Sequence record: SRR20825010_6742
Strand: one strand, 5' to 3'
DNA length: 44,202 nucleotides
The position numbers were made by a program, and so were the translations under genes. The first letter of the stretch is position 1. Each line of letters starts with the position of its first letter. A model generated the notes under the pieces. The model was not told the DNA's origin. It did not search any database and was given only the letters and a program-made list of their open reading frames with translations. Below are positions 9,591 through 19,040 of the stretch, in pieces.

Positions 9591-10232
9591 CTTGGACAAT
9601 CCCAAATCGAATAAGAGAAGAAGAGTGAAACGAGCGTGTGGATGCTAAACGCGGTAAACGAAGCCACCACGGTTCCGGCCACCACAAATCCGCTCGTATG
9701 CGACTATTCCCGTCCTTGCAGCCAGGCTTTGCGGCAAATCATCCTAAAAATGTGTTTTTATCGATCCATTGGCACTGAGTGATTGGGAGTCAGCTTCTGT
9801 CGCTGAGATGCCTTGTCGAATCTCGTCTCCCTGCACGGGCACGCCGCCTTTCGATCGTGCGACTTAACTGTTCAATATGCTGCTTTGATTGCCGAGCCAT
9901 GTCTCACCACCTTCTGGTCCACATTTCGTCGAAGCTTTCGTTCTGCAAACCGCTAGCGAGCTCGAAGCATGATGCAGTGGCAACAAATTGATGGTTGGCT
10001 ACCAAGAACCCACCGAGCGGAGCGGCTTGCAGGCGATCTATAGACAAGCCGCTCTGAGTATAAGATTTTGCGTCAAAAATCAAAAGATTGCCAGCAATTT
10101 GCGACGAAACCGGTTTCAACTCAAAATAGCGCATAAAAATTTCGCAAAACATGCTTCGGGTCGGGGGAAGAAGAACAGTGCCACCGGAAAGTTGGTGATA
10201 CCTTCCACTCGATCGCAAACGGGAATGAATCC

Positions 10233-10778
10233 TTGGATTCGCAATCTCCTCCACCGAGCAACGAAGTCTCGCAAGAAGAGTTCGTTCGATTGCTCTCAAT
10301 GCATACCAGCAAAATCATGTCGTTCATTCGCATCCTGACCATGAACCGCCAGGATGACGCGGAGGAGATCTTTCAACTGACTTGCATGATCTTGTGGCAA
10401 AAGTTCTCGCAATACGAACCTTCCGGCAACTTCTCCGCCTGGGCATCCCGCATGGCGTACTTCGAAACACTGAAGTACCGAGAATCGAAACGCCGCATCA
10501 AGCTTCTCAGCGACGAGGCCATCGAATCGTTGGCCGAAGCCGCCATGCCGATCTCGGCGGAGCTGACCGATCGTCGAACCGCGCTGTCCGAGTGCATTCG
10601 GAAACTGTCCAACCCCGATCGAGATTTGATTCGTCAGCGATATTTCGAAGGTTTGAGCGTCGCGGAGATCTCTGAGAATGCAGGCCGATCCACCCACGCG
10701 ATCTATCGAGAGCTGAGCAAGATTCACGGCATGCTATCACGCTGCGTGGACCGATCCGTTGAGGAGGCATGGACATGA
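10233..10778 (+). CDS. ECF RNA polymerase sigma-70 factor (Rhodopirellula/Verrucomicrobium type)
   Basis: DAEEIFQLT..LWQKF..F.AWA region 2; L.ECIRKL..DRDLIRQRYFEGLSVAEIS region 4; TTG start. Confidence 0.92.
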   Translation: MDSQSPPPSNEVSQEEFVRLLSMHTSKIMSFIRILTMNRQDDAEEIFQLTCMILWQKFSQYEPSGNFSAWASRMAYFETLKYRESKRRIKLLSDEAIESLAEAAMPISAELTDRRTALSECIRKLSNPDRDLIRQRYFEGLSVAEISENAGRSTHAIYRELSKIHGMLSRCVDRSVEEAWT

Positions 10779-12538
10779 ATTCGCAAGACCAACAACTCGA
10801 TGAGCTTCGCACGCTGATTCTGAAGTCCCAAAGCGAAGACTTGAGTGAAGCGGAAACGATCGAGCTGAATCGTCTGATTCATTTGCCTGGCGGTGCCGAG
10901 GAAGCCGCTCGCCTGGTCGATCAGCTCTGCGCGTTCACCGACATCGGCTCATCCAATTTCTTGTCGCTTGAAGAAGAACAGTCGGGCGCACGCCAAGATT
11001 CTCACCACACCCCGCCGCCAGCTTTCAACACCGCTGCGTTCCCCGAGCCAGCCACCGAACGATCCAGACCCGTTGCCGCATCGCGGCCCAATCGGTCCCA
11101 AGCAGAAACGCATTCCCAGAATTGGACGCGAGCGTATTGGTTGGTGGGGTTGGCGGCGAGTCACTTGGTGATTGGTTCGTTCGCTTGGTCGCTCGCGAGA
11201 CCGGCTCGCGAAGTCGCTCCCATTGCAATGCAAACGGCGAAGGTGAAACCGCCTCAGATCGTATCAATGACCGCCTGCGTTTGGGGACATGGTGGAAACT
11301 CCGTTCCGACGTTGGGGAAACCCATTCATCAGGGCGAAGTCCTGAACTTGGTGGAGGGGGTCGCGGAACTCAAAACCGGCGACGGGACTCCCAACGAAGC
11401 CTTGGTGCGAATCGAAGGCCCCGCCAGCATCTTCATTCGTGATGATGGTCAACTCGGTCTCAATCACGGAACCTTGACGGCAAAATCATTGGGCTTTGGC
11501 AGTGAGCAGGTGTCGATCATCACGCCAATTGGATTGGTGTCCGTTGATGGGCAAAGTTACGTTGGCTTGGTTTCTCTGGGGGACTCGCATGAAGTCCATT
11601 TGTTCTCGGGACGAGCCTTCGTTCGGCCGCTGAGCACCTACGGATCCTCCGATGTTCGATTGGAAGAAGGCGACGCGGTCCGCCTTTCGACGGGAACAGA
11701 AATGGACTCGGGCGTGGTGCTGTTCGAAGCATCCATGGCCAGCTTCGCTTCGGCTCGATCCAACGCCTTTGATCCGCTCAGCTTGGACGAGAAGTACGTC
11801 AGTGCCGTTGTCGAATCGTCACCGGATATCTACTGGCGTTTCGAAGGCCTCGAGGGATCTTATCCGCAGCACGTCAAGAACGAAGGGAAACTGCCCGATT
11901 TGCACGCATCGGTTGTCGGCAACCCGGGGTGGCGGCAATACCGCGGCAATCGTGTTGCGGAGTTGGGACTCACCGATGCGGCCTCTGCCTTCACGACGGA
12001 AACATTGTGGCCCTCCAAACCGCTGGACAACTACACGATTGAAGCCTGGGCCAAACCGCAACTGTATCACCACGGCGAAATGATCTGCTTGGTCGATCCA
12101 TTGGAGCGTCGAGAGGGGCGTCATGACCAAGCACTGTTGCTCGAAACGTTCGCGAGAGAATGGTTCTATGCGTTGAAGGTACTGGGGCCAAACCGCATTC
12201 GTTTCAATCACCGGACACCGCCTTCGGGAGTGGTGTTGGACGGGACGAATCTGGTCTCAGAGGATCCATACCAAGTTCGCGTGTGGCAGCACGTTGTGGC
12301 TCGCAAATCAGGCAACGAGTTGTCGCTTTGGATTGACGGGAATCTCGCGGCGCAGCAAGAAGATGAGGCTCCGCTTCCGGCCAACATGAAAATCTTGATC
12401 GGGCAAATTTACCCGACCAAGAACTATCGCCCCTACGTTGGCCAGATCGACGAAGTCGCGTTCTACGACCGAGCTCTGACGAAGCAAGAGATCCGAAAGC
12501 ACATCCGAGCTTCCGGCCGACTCGTCGATTTTGACTGA
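10775..12538 (+). CDS. FecR-like anti-sigma factor with C-terminal LamG-like jellyroll domain
   Basis: ATGA overlap with sigma stop and GGAGG RBS; single TM (YWLVGLAASHLVIG); FecR-like (EGVAEL..IEGPA..EVHLFSG); LamG (YWRFE..YTIEAW..WQHVV..GQIDEVAFYDRAL). Confidence 0.85.
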   Translation: MNSQDQQLDELRTLILKSQSEDLSEAETIELNRLIHLPGGAEEAARLVDQLCAFTDIGSSNFLSLEEEQSGARQDSHHTPPPAFNTAAFPEPATERSRPVAASRPNRSQAETHSQNWTRAYWLVGLAASHLVIGSFAWSLARPAREVAPIAMQTAKVKPPQIVSMTACVWGHGGNSVPTLGKPIHQGEVLNLVEGVAELKTGDGTPNEALVRIEGPASIFIRDDGQLGLNHGTLTAKSLGFGSEQVSIITPIGLVSVDGQSYVGLVSLGDSHEVHLFSGRAFVRPLSTYGSSDVRLEEGDAVRLSTGTEMDSGVVLFEASMASFASARSNAFDPLSLDEKYVSAVVESSPDIYWRFEGLEGSYPQHVKNEGKLPDLHASVVGNPGWRQYRGNRVAELGLTDAASAFTTETLWPSKPLDNYTIEAWAKPQLYHHGEMICLVDPLERREGRHDQALLLETFAREWFYALKVLGPNRIRFNHRTPPSGVVLDGTNLVSEDPYQVRVWQHVVARKSGNELSLWIDGNLAAQQEDEAPLPANMKILIGQIYPTKNYRPYVGQIDEVAFYDRALTKQEIRKHIRASGRLVDFD

Positions 12539-12624
12539 GTGTTTGCTCGCGCTTTCATGGGTTGAACTTCACCGACGCATCGAAAGGTGATGATCCCATA
12601 GCGTCACAAATTTTGCATTCGATG

Positions 12625-13515
12625 CTATGCCTTCAAATATTGATTGAACCAGGCGAGCGTTCTCTTCCACGCCAATTCAGCCGCGGCCTCGTCATAACGT
12701 GGCGTGGTGTCGTTGTGGAAACCATGATTGGCGTCCGGATAAACGTGTGACTCATATGGCACTTCGTTCGCTTTCAACGCTTCGTTGAACGCTTCCGCAC
12801 CGGCCATGATTCGGCGGTCAAGCTCCGCATTTTGAATCGACAATGGAGTCTTGATCTTGGCCACATCCTCCGCATCCGGCTGACGACCGTAGAACGGCAC
12901 GCCAGCATCGAGAACGTCGGGCAATCGAACCGCCAGTTGGTTGACCATGCCTCCACCAAAGCAAAAGCCGACCGCGCCGACCTTCCCCGTCGAAAGCTCA
13001 TGCGTGTCGATCCATTTGACCGCGGCAACGAAGTCTTCCGTCATTTCGTCTCCATCTCGCCGCCTCTGCATCGCGCGACCATCATCGTCATTGCCGGGGT
13101 AACCACCCAACGGTGACAAGGCATCGGGTGCCAACGCGAGAAAACCTTCGACCGCCAATCGTCTCGCGACATCCGCGATGTATGGATTCAATCCGCGGTT
13201 CTCGTGAATCACCACCACGCTTGGAAACTTTTCACCCGTCGCGGGTCGAGCCAGCAGGCCGCTGATTTGACCGCCACCTTCAGGCGAATCGTATGTGACC
13301 GTCTCCGTCTTGATTCGCGGATCCGTCGCGGGGACTTGCTCAGCCCACGCGTAGTTTGGTGAGAGACTCTCTTCGAGTGCTTCGACCGTGACTCCTCCCA
13401 CCGCAAACGCGGCGAGTCCCTTCAAGTAGCCACGTCGATCCAATCGGCCGTGAGCAAAGTCGTCGTACAGATCAAGAACACGTTGATCGAATTGGTTTGC
13501 AGTCTTGCGTTTCAT
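12625..13515 (-). CDS. Dienelactone hydrolase family protein (YghX-like)
   Basis: [17 protein letters not shown] nucleophile elbow, [13 protein letters not shown]-terminal [14 protein letters not shown] Tat-like segment typical of YghX homologues. Confidence 0.92.
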   Translation of the reverse strand: MKRKTANQFDQRVLDLYDDFAHGRLDRRGYLKGLAAFAVGGVTVEALEESLSPNYAWAEQVPATDPRIKTETVTYDSPEGGGQISGLLARPATGEKFPSVVVIHENRGLNPYIADVARRLAVEGFLALAPDALSPLGGYPGNDDDGRAMQRRRDGDEMTEDFVAAVKWIDTHELSTGKVGAVGFCFGGGMVNQLAVRLPDVLDAGVPFYGRQPDAEDVAKIKTPLSIQNAELDRRIMAGAEAFNEALKANEVPYESHVYPDANHGFHNDTTPRYDEAAAELAWKRTLAWFNQYLKA

Positions 13516-13591
13516 CGAATTGATTCCTCGTTACGGGGCAAGTTCAAAACGTGTCTCGGATCCAACTTGGCTTGTGGCAGTGCTGATCGCA

Positions 13592-13618
13592 TTAGCCGTT
13601 TTGGCGTTAGCCACGGTT
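13592..13618. repeat. Intergenic short repeat (TTAGCCG..GCGTTAGCCACGGTT type)
   Basis: TTAGCCGTTTTGGCGTTAGCCACGGTT; a related degenerate copy lies at 34959-34986. Confidence 0.5.
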
Positions 13619-13691
13619 CCTTCCACAACAACCGTTCCCAGCGGCAAATCGGATCACCCATGGTAGCAACGTCCAGAGCTGACTTCTAGAA

Positions 13692-13725
13692 ATCGGTCGC
13701 GTGGCAACGAGGCCACGCGACCGAT
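13692..13725 (-). terminator. 14-bp perfect hairpin after the propeller gene
   Basis: ATCGGTCGCGTGGC-AACGAG-GCCACGCGACCGAT, 16 nt past the stop at 13742; weak U tract. Confidence 0.65.
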
Positions 13726-13741
13726 AGAAACCTGCCTCGCA

Positions 13742-15328
13742 CTAGTTGCTGCTCGTGGAATCCATCGGTGGACGCTGTGGCCGATCGGGACGGTTGTCTT
13801 CCTGTTGACCACCAAAGCCTCCGCGTCCACCGCCTCGGCCACGGTCTCCACCGCGTCCGCGATCACCGCCACCGCCACGGTTGCCAAATCCACCACCTCC
13901 GAAACCGCCGCGCCCGAATCCACCACCTGGTCCGCCCCGGCCTCGCTCACCGCGTTGCGCCATTTCATTTGAGTCCGGTGTATCAGCTGCGGGGACCGAT
14001 TCGGATGACTCATCAAAGGGCCCGGCAACGACGCAGTAAAGATGTTTGTTCGACCGAACGAACAACTTGCCATCGCTGTACGCTGGCGATCCGCTGAACG
14101 ATTCGGTCTCGGTCGTCGTGCGATTGACGGCGAGTTGTTTCAGTTCGTCTTGCACGTCAAAAACAAACATGTCGCCATTGCCTTTGACGTAGTACAGCTT
14201 GCCATTGACGACGATGGGTGACGCGTAGTCCGAGCCTCCTCGTCCGCCGCCCGAACTGCCGCTTCCACCCGACAACCGAATGCGGTCGATCATCTCGCCG
14301 GATTCTTCATCGGTGCGAGTCAACACGTCGTTGGCAATCATGTAGACCGTTCCGTTGTAAGCCACCGGCGTCGCGAACCGCCCTGATTCCGAACCGTTCC
14401 AAGCCACATGGGAATCCGTCACGTCGCCGGTACCTCCTGCGCGGACCGCGATCGACCCGCTACCGCGCCCACCAACGACGATCACAACATCTTTGTCAAC
14501 GACGGCGCTCGTGCTGGCTTGATCCGATTCGCCCGCCAAGGCGTACCAGCGAAGTTTGCCGTTGTCAGGGTTGATCCCCCAAACCTCGCCGGCAACTCCG
14601 ACGACCAAGTCCACTCCGTTCTCCGTTTTCGCAAGTGCCGGCGTGCCCCACACGTTGTCGAGCCCCTTCGCTTCCTGTCGCCAGATTTCTTTGCCGGTCG
14701 CTTTGTCCAATGCCACCAAGGCTTGGCTTTCCGACGAAGCCGTCACGATCACTTTGTCGTCCAACAAGATCGGACTCGACGCGGAACCCCAACGGTGCGG
14801 ATCCGATTCGGTGCCCAGCGGAGTGTGCCACAATTGGTTGCCTTCGAAATCAAACGCGAACGCGCCGGTCTTTCCAAAGAACACGTACACGTTTTCGCCA
14901 TCGGACACGGGCGAGTGCGATGCGTAGCCGTGGGAGGGAACGCCGGCACCCGTGTAGGGATCTTCCGGCTGAACCGCGTCGATCGATTTCTCCCAGATCA
15001 TTTCACCTGACTTGGCGTCGACGCAAACGAGATGCCGTTTCAGATCATTGATGTCGCCCGGATTGGCTCGATCGAGCCCATAGCCGGAGTAGCACGTCAC
15101 AAAGATGAGATCACCGACCACGATCGGGCTGGAAACACCTGCTCCGGGAAGAGCCACCTTCCACTTCACGTTCTGTGTCGGGCTCCATTGAACCGGAACG
15201 GATTCGTCGCTCTTGACGACTCCCGATCCGTTCGGTCCCCGAAAGCGGCTCCAGTCTTCGGCATCGACAATGGAGTCGCACAACGCGAGCGACAAGAGAA
15301 CGACCAAGTAACGTTGAAAACCGGTCAT
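13742..15328 (-). CDS. PQQ-binding-like beta-propeller protein (BamB-like) with Gly/Arg-rich C-terminal tail
   Basis: Signal peptide then DWSRFRGPNGSG..WKVALPGAGVSSPIV, repeated SP/G..W blade motifs, SPAYSDGKLFVRSNKHLYCV; tail RGGPGGGFGRGG..RPDRPQRP; start ATG 15328. Confidence 0.88.
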   Translation of the reverse strand: MTGFQRYLVVLLSLALCDSIVDAEDWSRFRGPNGSGVVKSDESVPVQWSPTQNVKWKVALPGAGVSSPIVVGDLIFVTCYSGYGLDRANPGDINDLKRHLVCVDAKSGEMIWEKSIDAVQPEDPYTGAGVPSHGYASHSPVSDGENVYVFFGKTGAFAFDFEGNQLWHTPLGTESDPHRWGSASSPILLDDKVIVTASSESQALVALDKATGKEIWRQEAKGLDNVWGTPALAKTENGVDLVVGVAGEVWGINPDNGKLRWYALAGESDQASTSAVVDKDVVIVVGGRGSGSIAVRAGGTGDVTDSHVAWNGSESGRFATPVAYNGTVYMIANDVLTRTDEESGEMIDRIRLSGGSGSSGGGRGGSDYASPIVVNGKLYYVKGNGDMFVFDVQDELKQLAVNRTTTETESFSGSPAYSDGKLFVRSNKHLYCVVAGPFDESSESVPAADTPDSNEMAQRGERGRGGPGGGFGRGGFGGGGFGNRGGGGDRGRGGDRGRGGGRGGFGGQQEDNRPDRPQRPPMDSTSSN

Positions 15329-15518
15329 CAGTAGGAATCCTGGGAAAAGACTGCTGGAAAAGAAACCACGGGTGCTTCGTTGCGTCGCGAACCCATCGGG
15401 CCACGACAGAAAGTTTAGGGAAGTCGGCGGCCGGTTGGTGAAGCGACGTTTGGATCGATACAAAACTGCTCCGGGCCGCATCCAAACGGCGTCCATCAGT
15501 CACCGGTGATCCCGACTT

Positions 15519-15633
15519 GGGCCCAACGGTGCCGCTCGGACATTGAGTGGAACCCCGCAACATTGGCCAGGTTTCTACACTTCTCGGCCAGCAATGAATG
15601 AGAAATGCCTGTCCGGAAAGCACCGTTGGGCCC
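15519..15633. repeat. 115-bp element bounded by 24-bp imperfect inverted repeats (MITE-like or REP doublet)
   Basis: Left GGGCCCAACGGTGC-CGCT-CGGACA, right TGTCCG-GAAA-GCACCGTTGGGCCC; outer 14 bp are a perfect inverted repeat; lies between divergent genes. Confidence 0.6.
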
Positions 15634-15825
15634 GTGATTTGCCCCGTTGCAGGCGGATTGGACGGCATCCAATCGCGGCAGATGCTGGCGTCTCTGATCC
15701 GCTCGAATCCGGCAGATTCCGTTGGCATCGGGCGGCGAACTTTTTGTAGGCTGCGGTTCAAAATGGCATGAACTACGAAAGATGGAGCCAAAGTGTCCGG
15801 GAATCGCCTCGATCCGCCGCCTGCC

Positions 15826-18800
15826 ATGTGCCGCCTCAGTTCGGCCGGACGATTGTGCACGTGCATCGTCCTCGGCGTCGTCACGGTGTTTTCGTCGCTG
15901 GCCTTTGCTGCACAACTTTCGGCCCAGCAACCCGACGCAATCCAACCCGCTGCAGTCCAGCCACCTGCAGTCCAAGAAAACGCGGCCCCCGCCGATCGCT
16001 ACTGGGAGAGCCAATGGGCGTTTCGTGAGATCGATGTTGCCAAACTGGCCGAGCGACTGAAATCCATTGGGATCGATCTCGGCATCCCGTTGGAAGGCAA
16101 CGTGACGGTGAAGTTTGAAGTCGGTGTTCCTTGGACGTCCCTCACCGACGGAGCCGCCTACCGATTCGATGGAACACTGACCAGCTCACGCTTGGTCGTC
16201 GACCGTTTCGAATTTCTTGATCTGCGAACCACGGTCCGCTATCGCGATGGCGTTGCCACGCTGAGTTCATTGACTGGATCAGCCGTCGAATCGGGCGAGG
16301 CTTCCAACGATCCAGCGAAAGGCAACTTCATAGGAAGCGGTTCACTTGAACTGGTTCCTCAAGGCGACGCGTCCGCCAATTTAAACGTGGACAACATCTC
16401 GCTCGCCCCCATCACAAAACTGGTTGCCTCGTTGTTCCCATCCTACGAGCCAATGCTCCCGAAGGATGGTGAGCTGTCCGGAGACGTTCAGTTTCGAGCT
16501 CCCATCCACCGTATCGATGACATCGCCAGCTACGACTTGGAGGGAACCTTCCAAGCCGACGCCCTGGAACTTGGTGGATTGCCGCTGGCGGATTTGAAGG
16601 TCGGCAAAGTGGTCATACGGGATGGTCGTCTGCGAGCCGACAAGATCGATCTGCAAACAACGCCGACGTCCAATCCCTCCGCCATTCGAATGATCGGCCA
16701 AGCGGATCTTCCGCTGACCGGCAACGGATCGTTCTCTTTCGAAGTCGCCGCGGACGACCTTCCGATCGGGCAAGTGTCCGAATGGATCGCCGCCTCTGAA
16801 TCATCCGAACAAGAAGGACTCGTCCAGGGCAAACTTGATTTTCGAATCCAAGGGTCAGGCGAATTAAACGATCGAGCGGAACAACTGCAATGGAACATCG
16901 CTGGGTCACTGGCGTCTCCATCGATCCAAATCGCGGGCGTCGATCTCGGCTCCTTCGAGCACGATGTCCGCTTCACGCCAACCAACTTCGCTCTCACTCC
17001 GCGGCGACAAAGTTCTGAGCTTCCCGCACGCTTCAAGATCCATCGCGTCGAGTCCGAATATCAACTCACGGAGACCGCCTTTGACTTGACATCATTGGCC
17101 GCCACTCTGTTTGGCGGACAAGTCTCCGGCCAAGCGACCGTGCCTCGCCGTGATCAAGAAGACATTGTCGTGGATCTCAATTTTCGCGACATTCGACCTG
17201 AGCTACGACTTCCTGTTTCGAGCAGCATTGAACTGAAAATTGCATCGACGCTGTCAGGCGAGCTTGAATGGAAGGTTCCATTGAACCGGCTGTCCAATCC
17301 GGTCGCACATCGCGGGGCAGCAAAGTTGATCGCCTCGTCCATCATGTTGGGCGATGCTTCGATCGGTGATTTGAACGCGAACGTTTCGACCAACCAAGGT
17401 GAATTCCAGTTCGATTTGAACGGCGACCTCTTCGGCGGAACCGTCCAAGGCAACTCCACCGCACAACTGATTGCTTCGGATCAATGGAATGATTTGCCCG
17501 CACGGCTCCAAGCGTCACAACTGAAGTTTGATGGCGTGTCGCTGGACGCGTTGGTTGATTTGTTGGCACGTCGAAAGATCGGGCTGACCGGAAAGGCAAC
17601 CGGCAATGTCTCCGTCAACTTCGCATCACCAAGCGGTCTTGCTTCGACAAGCGGCCTCGGCCGAGTGATCCCAGACACAACGATCGATCTCGAGCTGTCG
17701 CAGCTCAAGTATCGTGCTCATCCGCTTTCGAGAAAACTGCGATTGGCCGGCCGAATCGAAAACGACGTGCTCCGGATTCAGTCGCTCAGAGGCGACTACG
17801 CGGACGGTTCCGTCAGCCTGCATGGACTGGTTTATTTGGTCGATGGCGACCGAAGGATTCACCCGCGATTCGACACGCGATTGGTGGCATCCCGCGTGGA
17901 TTTGAACCGCGGCCTTTGGTTCCTCGGTGACACCGCGGATCAGTTTTTGGGACGAGCCTCGGGCAAGGCAACCGTCACCGGTCACACTGAATCCATTCGT
18001 GTTCGAGGCAACGTCGATGGACGAGACCTGGACATCTACGGCCTTCCCGCGGGCAACGCTCACAGTGCGTTGGTCGCAACCGCGAATTTTCAATCGTCCA
18101 AGTGGAGCGTCAACTTTCCCTCCGTGCGTTCTCGCATTGGCGGAGGTCAATTGGAAGGCAGCCTGCTGCTTTCTTCAGGACGCTCCGGCGGCGTCGATAT
18201 AACGAGTCACTGGAAAACGCGGCGGATGGACTTCGTTCAATTGACGGATCAACTCGGTCGATCCAGTTCGCTGGCCAGCGGTGAAATTTCCGGCGAGATT
18301 TCGCTGCGTGGAAAGTCAATTCAATCCATCGATGATTTGTCCGGACGCTTTGATTTCAAGCTGGGTGACACTCGCGGTGCGGCCGTGCCTGGGTTGCTTG
18401 CTGCCTCGCGTTTTCTTGGACCGATCTCGCTGGCCAATCAGTCGTTTGATGTGGGCGAAGCCAAAGGCATCATTGGCCAAGGAGTCGTCGTGCTGGATGA
18501 GTTCTGGCTGGGGTCGGACAACGCGCTCGTGCAAGCGGATGGCAAGGTTTACTTGCGAAGCGGGCGTTTGGATTTGAACGCGTTGATTGCGACGGGTGAC
18601 TACCGCGACATCGCGGCAAACTTTACCCAATTGGCACAACAGTACGCTCTTCGCTCGCTTCTTCCCGCGTCTGCGATCCTCAGCGTCTCGGAACTGCTTC
18701 GCGACCGGACGCTGGTCGTGGCCGTGATGGGATCCACTCAAAGTCCGATCGTGCGGCTGCGTCCCGTCGAAACATTCCGAGAAGAAACGGCCCGTTTCCT

Positions 18801-18876
18801 TCTTCGCGAAGGCCAACGATTGATTCTGACGGGAATCACCGCCGGTGCCGTCGATGGCATGGACGGCGGATTCTAA
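15826..18876 (+). CDS. Large AsmA/TamB-like repeating beta-groove protein
   Basis: About 1015 aa, N-terminal hydrophobic segment, recurring LFGG.V.G / G.L.G...L.G strands, C-terminal G.V.L..G.LDL..V.V.G....P.V pattern of AsmA-like C-termini; start uncertain (15793 GTG or 15826 ATG). Confidence 0.65.
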   Translation: MCRLSSAGRLCTCIVLGVVTVFSSLAFAAQLSAQQPDAIQPAAVQPPAVQENAAPADRYWESQWAFREIDVAKLAERLKSIGIDLGIPLEGNVTVKFEVGVPWTSLTDGAAYRFDGTLTSSRLVVDRFEFLDLRTTVRYRDGVATLSSLTGSAVESGEASNDPAKGNFIGSGSLELVPQGDASANLNVDNISLAPITKLVASLFPSYEPMLPKDGELSGDVQFRAPIHRIDDIASYDLEGTFQADALELGGLPLADLKVGKVVIRDGRLRADKIDLQTTPTSNPSAIRMIGQADLPLTGNGSFSFEVAADDLPIGQVSEWIAASESSEQEGLVQGKLDFRIQGSGELNDRAEQLQWNIAGSLASPSIQIAGVDLGSFEHDVRFTPTNFALTPRRQSSELPARFKIHRVESEYQLTETAFDLTSLAATLFGGQVSGQATVPRRDQEDIVVDLNFRDIRPELRLPVSSSIELKIASTLSGELEWKVPLNRLSNPVAHRGAAKLIASSIMLGDASIGDLNANVSTNQGEFQFDLNGDLFGGTVQGNSTAQLIASDQWNDLPARLQASQLKFDGVSLDALVDLLARRKIGLTGKATGNVSVNFASPSGLASTSGLGRVIPDTTIDLELSQLKYRAHPLSRKLRLAGRIENDVLRIQSLRGDYADGSVSLHGLVYLVDGDRRIHPRFDTRLVASRVDLNRGLWFLGDTADQFLGRASGKATVTGHTESIRVRGNVDGRDLDIYGLPAGNAHSALVATANFQSSKWSVNFPSVRSRIGGGQLEGSLLLSSGRSGGVDITSHWKTRRMDFVQLTDQLGRSSSLASGEISGEISLRGKSIQSIDDLSGRFDFKLGDTRGAAVPGLLAASRFLGPISLANQSFDVGEAKGIIGQGVVVLDEFWLGSDNALVQADGKVYLRSGRLDLNALIATGDYRDIAANFTQLAQQYALRSLLPASAILSVSELLRDRTLVVAVMGSTQSPIVRLRPVETFREETARFLLREGQRLILTGITAGAVDGMDGGF

Positions 18877-19040
18877 GCTTGATCACGTTCGAAAGTGCTG
18901 ATTGAGCCGCAGCAGCGCTGAATCGCGGCGAGGTTTGCGGGTTGTGATGATCACCACGGTCTTCGTGAATCAGTCACGCCAGTTCTGTTCTTTGAGCCGA
19001 TTGTTCGTAGGGAAAGGATTCCACGGCAAGAGGTAATAGG

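Noticed and set aside
13810-13960. Repetitive CCACC/CCGCC DNA as a CRISPR or VNTR
   Set aside because: It encodes the Gly/Arg tail; no repeat-spacer structure and no cas genes.
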